A stretch of 64,000 nt of DNA from Pocillopora damicornis (lineage: Eukaryota). Below the pieces are notes generated by a model. The model made no database searches, was not told the origin of the DNA, and saw only the letters and a program-made list of their open reading frames with translations. The stretch lies in the NCBI RefSeq assembly GCF_003704095.1, contig NW_020845410.1, forward strand, positions 1,426,001 to 1,490,000. The letters are read 5' to 3'. Made by a program: the position numbers and the translations under genes. Below are positions 62,301 through 64,000 of the stretch, piece after piece. Numbering within the stretch: the first letter of the stretch is position 1; every line of letters starts with the position of its first letter.

Positions 62301-64000
62301 AGTTGAATCAGAAAAAAAATACTTTTCACTCCGAAAGTTTTTTTTATGAAAAACAGCAAAATTTTCAAGAGATCTGAAACTTACTGTATTTCTGTAGGAA
62401 GGGCTCTTGATGGCTGCCTCTAAGACAGGGATCACTTCAGTGATTGGCACATCATCTGAATCAAGTTCTTTTGGGTGAAAAATTAAATGACATTAAACAA
62501 AAACCATGGATGTGTTTGCTTTAATTAACAATACTATATTAAGAAATTGAACTGAAAAAAATTAAAATAATTAGGAAGTGGCCTCTATATACCAAGCTAT
62601 AAAGAAGAACAGACATTCACAATTAAAAGTAGAGAGTCTACCTCTGTAGCATTCTTTGTCTCAGAAATATTCAGAATTTACAATTTCTGACCCAAGGTAT
62701 TTCATAGCATCCAACATGAATTAAGTATTAAGTCTATTCTAACACTAGATGAGCTAAGGAGCTCAAGCGCATAGGAAAAAGGTCTCATTGTACTAGCTCT
62801 GTACTTTATCTAGTTAGGTGATCTTGCCTCACTTGTTTGAAAGGGGATAAAACCCTCTCCACTGGATTTATTACTATCCAGCCTGAAACTGTCCACAGAA
62901 CAAACCAGATGGCAATTGATCTACTGCTTGTCTAATCATCAAACAACTTAACTTGGATGACTGAATTTTCCAAACATAACTTGATACAACCTGACTTCCT
63001 GAATAACTGAATAAAGGGGGTAAGTTTCTAAGGAAACTGTGGTGCTGCATCAGTGGGAGAGTATAGCAGGTAATTTAGGGTTGATAACTGAGTTGAAAAT
63101 GTAAACTGGTCACTATAAAGAGTGAAAAGGCTGACATTTCAAGTATTAGCTCTTTATTTGAGTGATTGTCCCCAATTCCTCCGACAAAGGGCTAATGCTC
63201 GAAACATCAGCCTTTTCAATCTTTACGGTGGTCAATTTATGTTTTCAACTCAGTTGTTAACACTTAATTACTTACTTCCTGAATAACTGCCTTTAATTTG
63301 GCAAGCACATATATTCTAAAAAACAAATGCGTCATTTTCACCTATGGGTTCTGGTTCAGGGTTCTTTATCATCACATAAATAGTAAATCCATCTTTGATT
63401 CCATAAGAGTCCAGAGTTTTCTCGTCCTTAAGCAGTTCTCCAGCAAATATAAAATCTAAAGAAGACAATTTATAGCTTCAGTGAATCTTTCGTATGGGTC
63501 AACAAAGTATAAAATATAATTTGTAAATCTTACATCTCAATACTTAAAATATCTGATAACCATCTTAAAATACAAGGGATCTGATATAATATTTACAACT
63601 ACTTGATGAGCTAAAACATTTTCAACAAAATAAAAAGATTTCCTTCGATCGAGTGTTTTCTTTGGTATTTTTACAGTTTCCCGGCATCCACGACAGCTGC
63701 ACGCTTGTTTCACAATGATGTGTTCCTTGACTTTTCTTATTGACCGCTTTTAAATGAAAGATGGCAGACTGGTTTTTTTTTTCAAGCATCAAATAGAGAA
63801 GTTTTATGGAGGAAATGAGAGGATATAGTGGTAAAAATAGACACTTTTATGGGTTAAAAAAGTCCAATGATCATCTCACTCTGCTGGTCAATCGGTATGT
63901 TCGTCTTCGCTGCTGCCTTTTCCTTCAATTCCTCAACTTTGCAACTTAACTCGATGTCATCAATGATATGCTTAGTATTGTGATAAGCTTCTTTGATTCG
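59342..64000 (-). CDS. UBL7: Ubiquitin-like protein 7 (UBL + UBA domains), 5' end outside the window
   Basis: Exons >64000-63880, 63455-63342, 62455-62385, 62277-62193, 61097-61040, 60869-60716, 60636-60465, 60114-59945 and 59461-59342. UBL domain IPIDQQNFIFAGELLKDEKTLDSYGI; VATPGLSSD; UBA domain QLQQLRDMGITDDALSIQALTATGGNVQAALDLIF. All match human UBL7. Confidence 0.92.
61345..61780. mobile_element. tRNA-derived repeat: ~1.2 tandem units followed by an inverted partial unit
   Basis: Homologous to 49421-49695 with a different start point. gtgggacaaagaaaa occurs twice, and ~61680-61780 is the reverse complement of part of the unit. Confidence 0.85.
61865..62145 (+). mobile_element. Decayed tRNA-headed SINE (different family)
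   Basis: A-box-like ggccatgtggttgtagtg head, followed by a ctccacctagga..aatgggtacc core. Confidence 0.5.
63010..63273. mobile_element. Inverted pair of hammerhead-bearing repeats flanked by a 16-bp TSD
   Basis: TSD acttcctgaataactg at 62994-63009 and 63274-63289. Minus copy ~63012-63166; plus copy ~63175-63270 with CCGACAA-A-GGGC-TAAT-GCTC-GAAA-CA-TC-AGC. Confidence 0.85.

Overview
This is eukaryotic, AT-rich, intron-rich animal DNA, most likely from a stony coral (inferred from the cnidarian-type GPCRs, the COUP-TF sequence and the repeat families). No prokaryotic features, CRISPR arrays or rRNA were found. From left to right: (1) a cluster of intronless class A GPCRs, with one intact gene and three relics, interleaved with a Penelope-like remnant and a minimal-hammerhead repeat; (2) JTB (+, 6 exons); (3) HTATIP2/TIP30 (-, 6 exons); (4) about 29 kb with only one recognisable gene, a compact 3-exon COUP-TF/NR2F (-); (5) an unrecognised 2-exon, ~860-aa protein with six internal repeats and a C-terminal coiled coil (-); (6) two tandem intronless, divergent Rab1-like GTPases (+); (7) an 11-exon glucose-6-phosphate 1-epimerase with a GC-AG first intron (+); (8) UBL7 (-), truncated at the window end. 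I assembled the exon chains by hand and checked splice sites and phase. The most unusual signals are a circularly permuted tRNA-containing retro-repeat and a hammerhead-bearing repeat, both with long target-site duplications (TSDs); the Rab1-like pair with altered switch II and C-terminus; and the orphan repeat protein.
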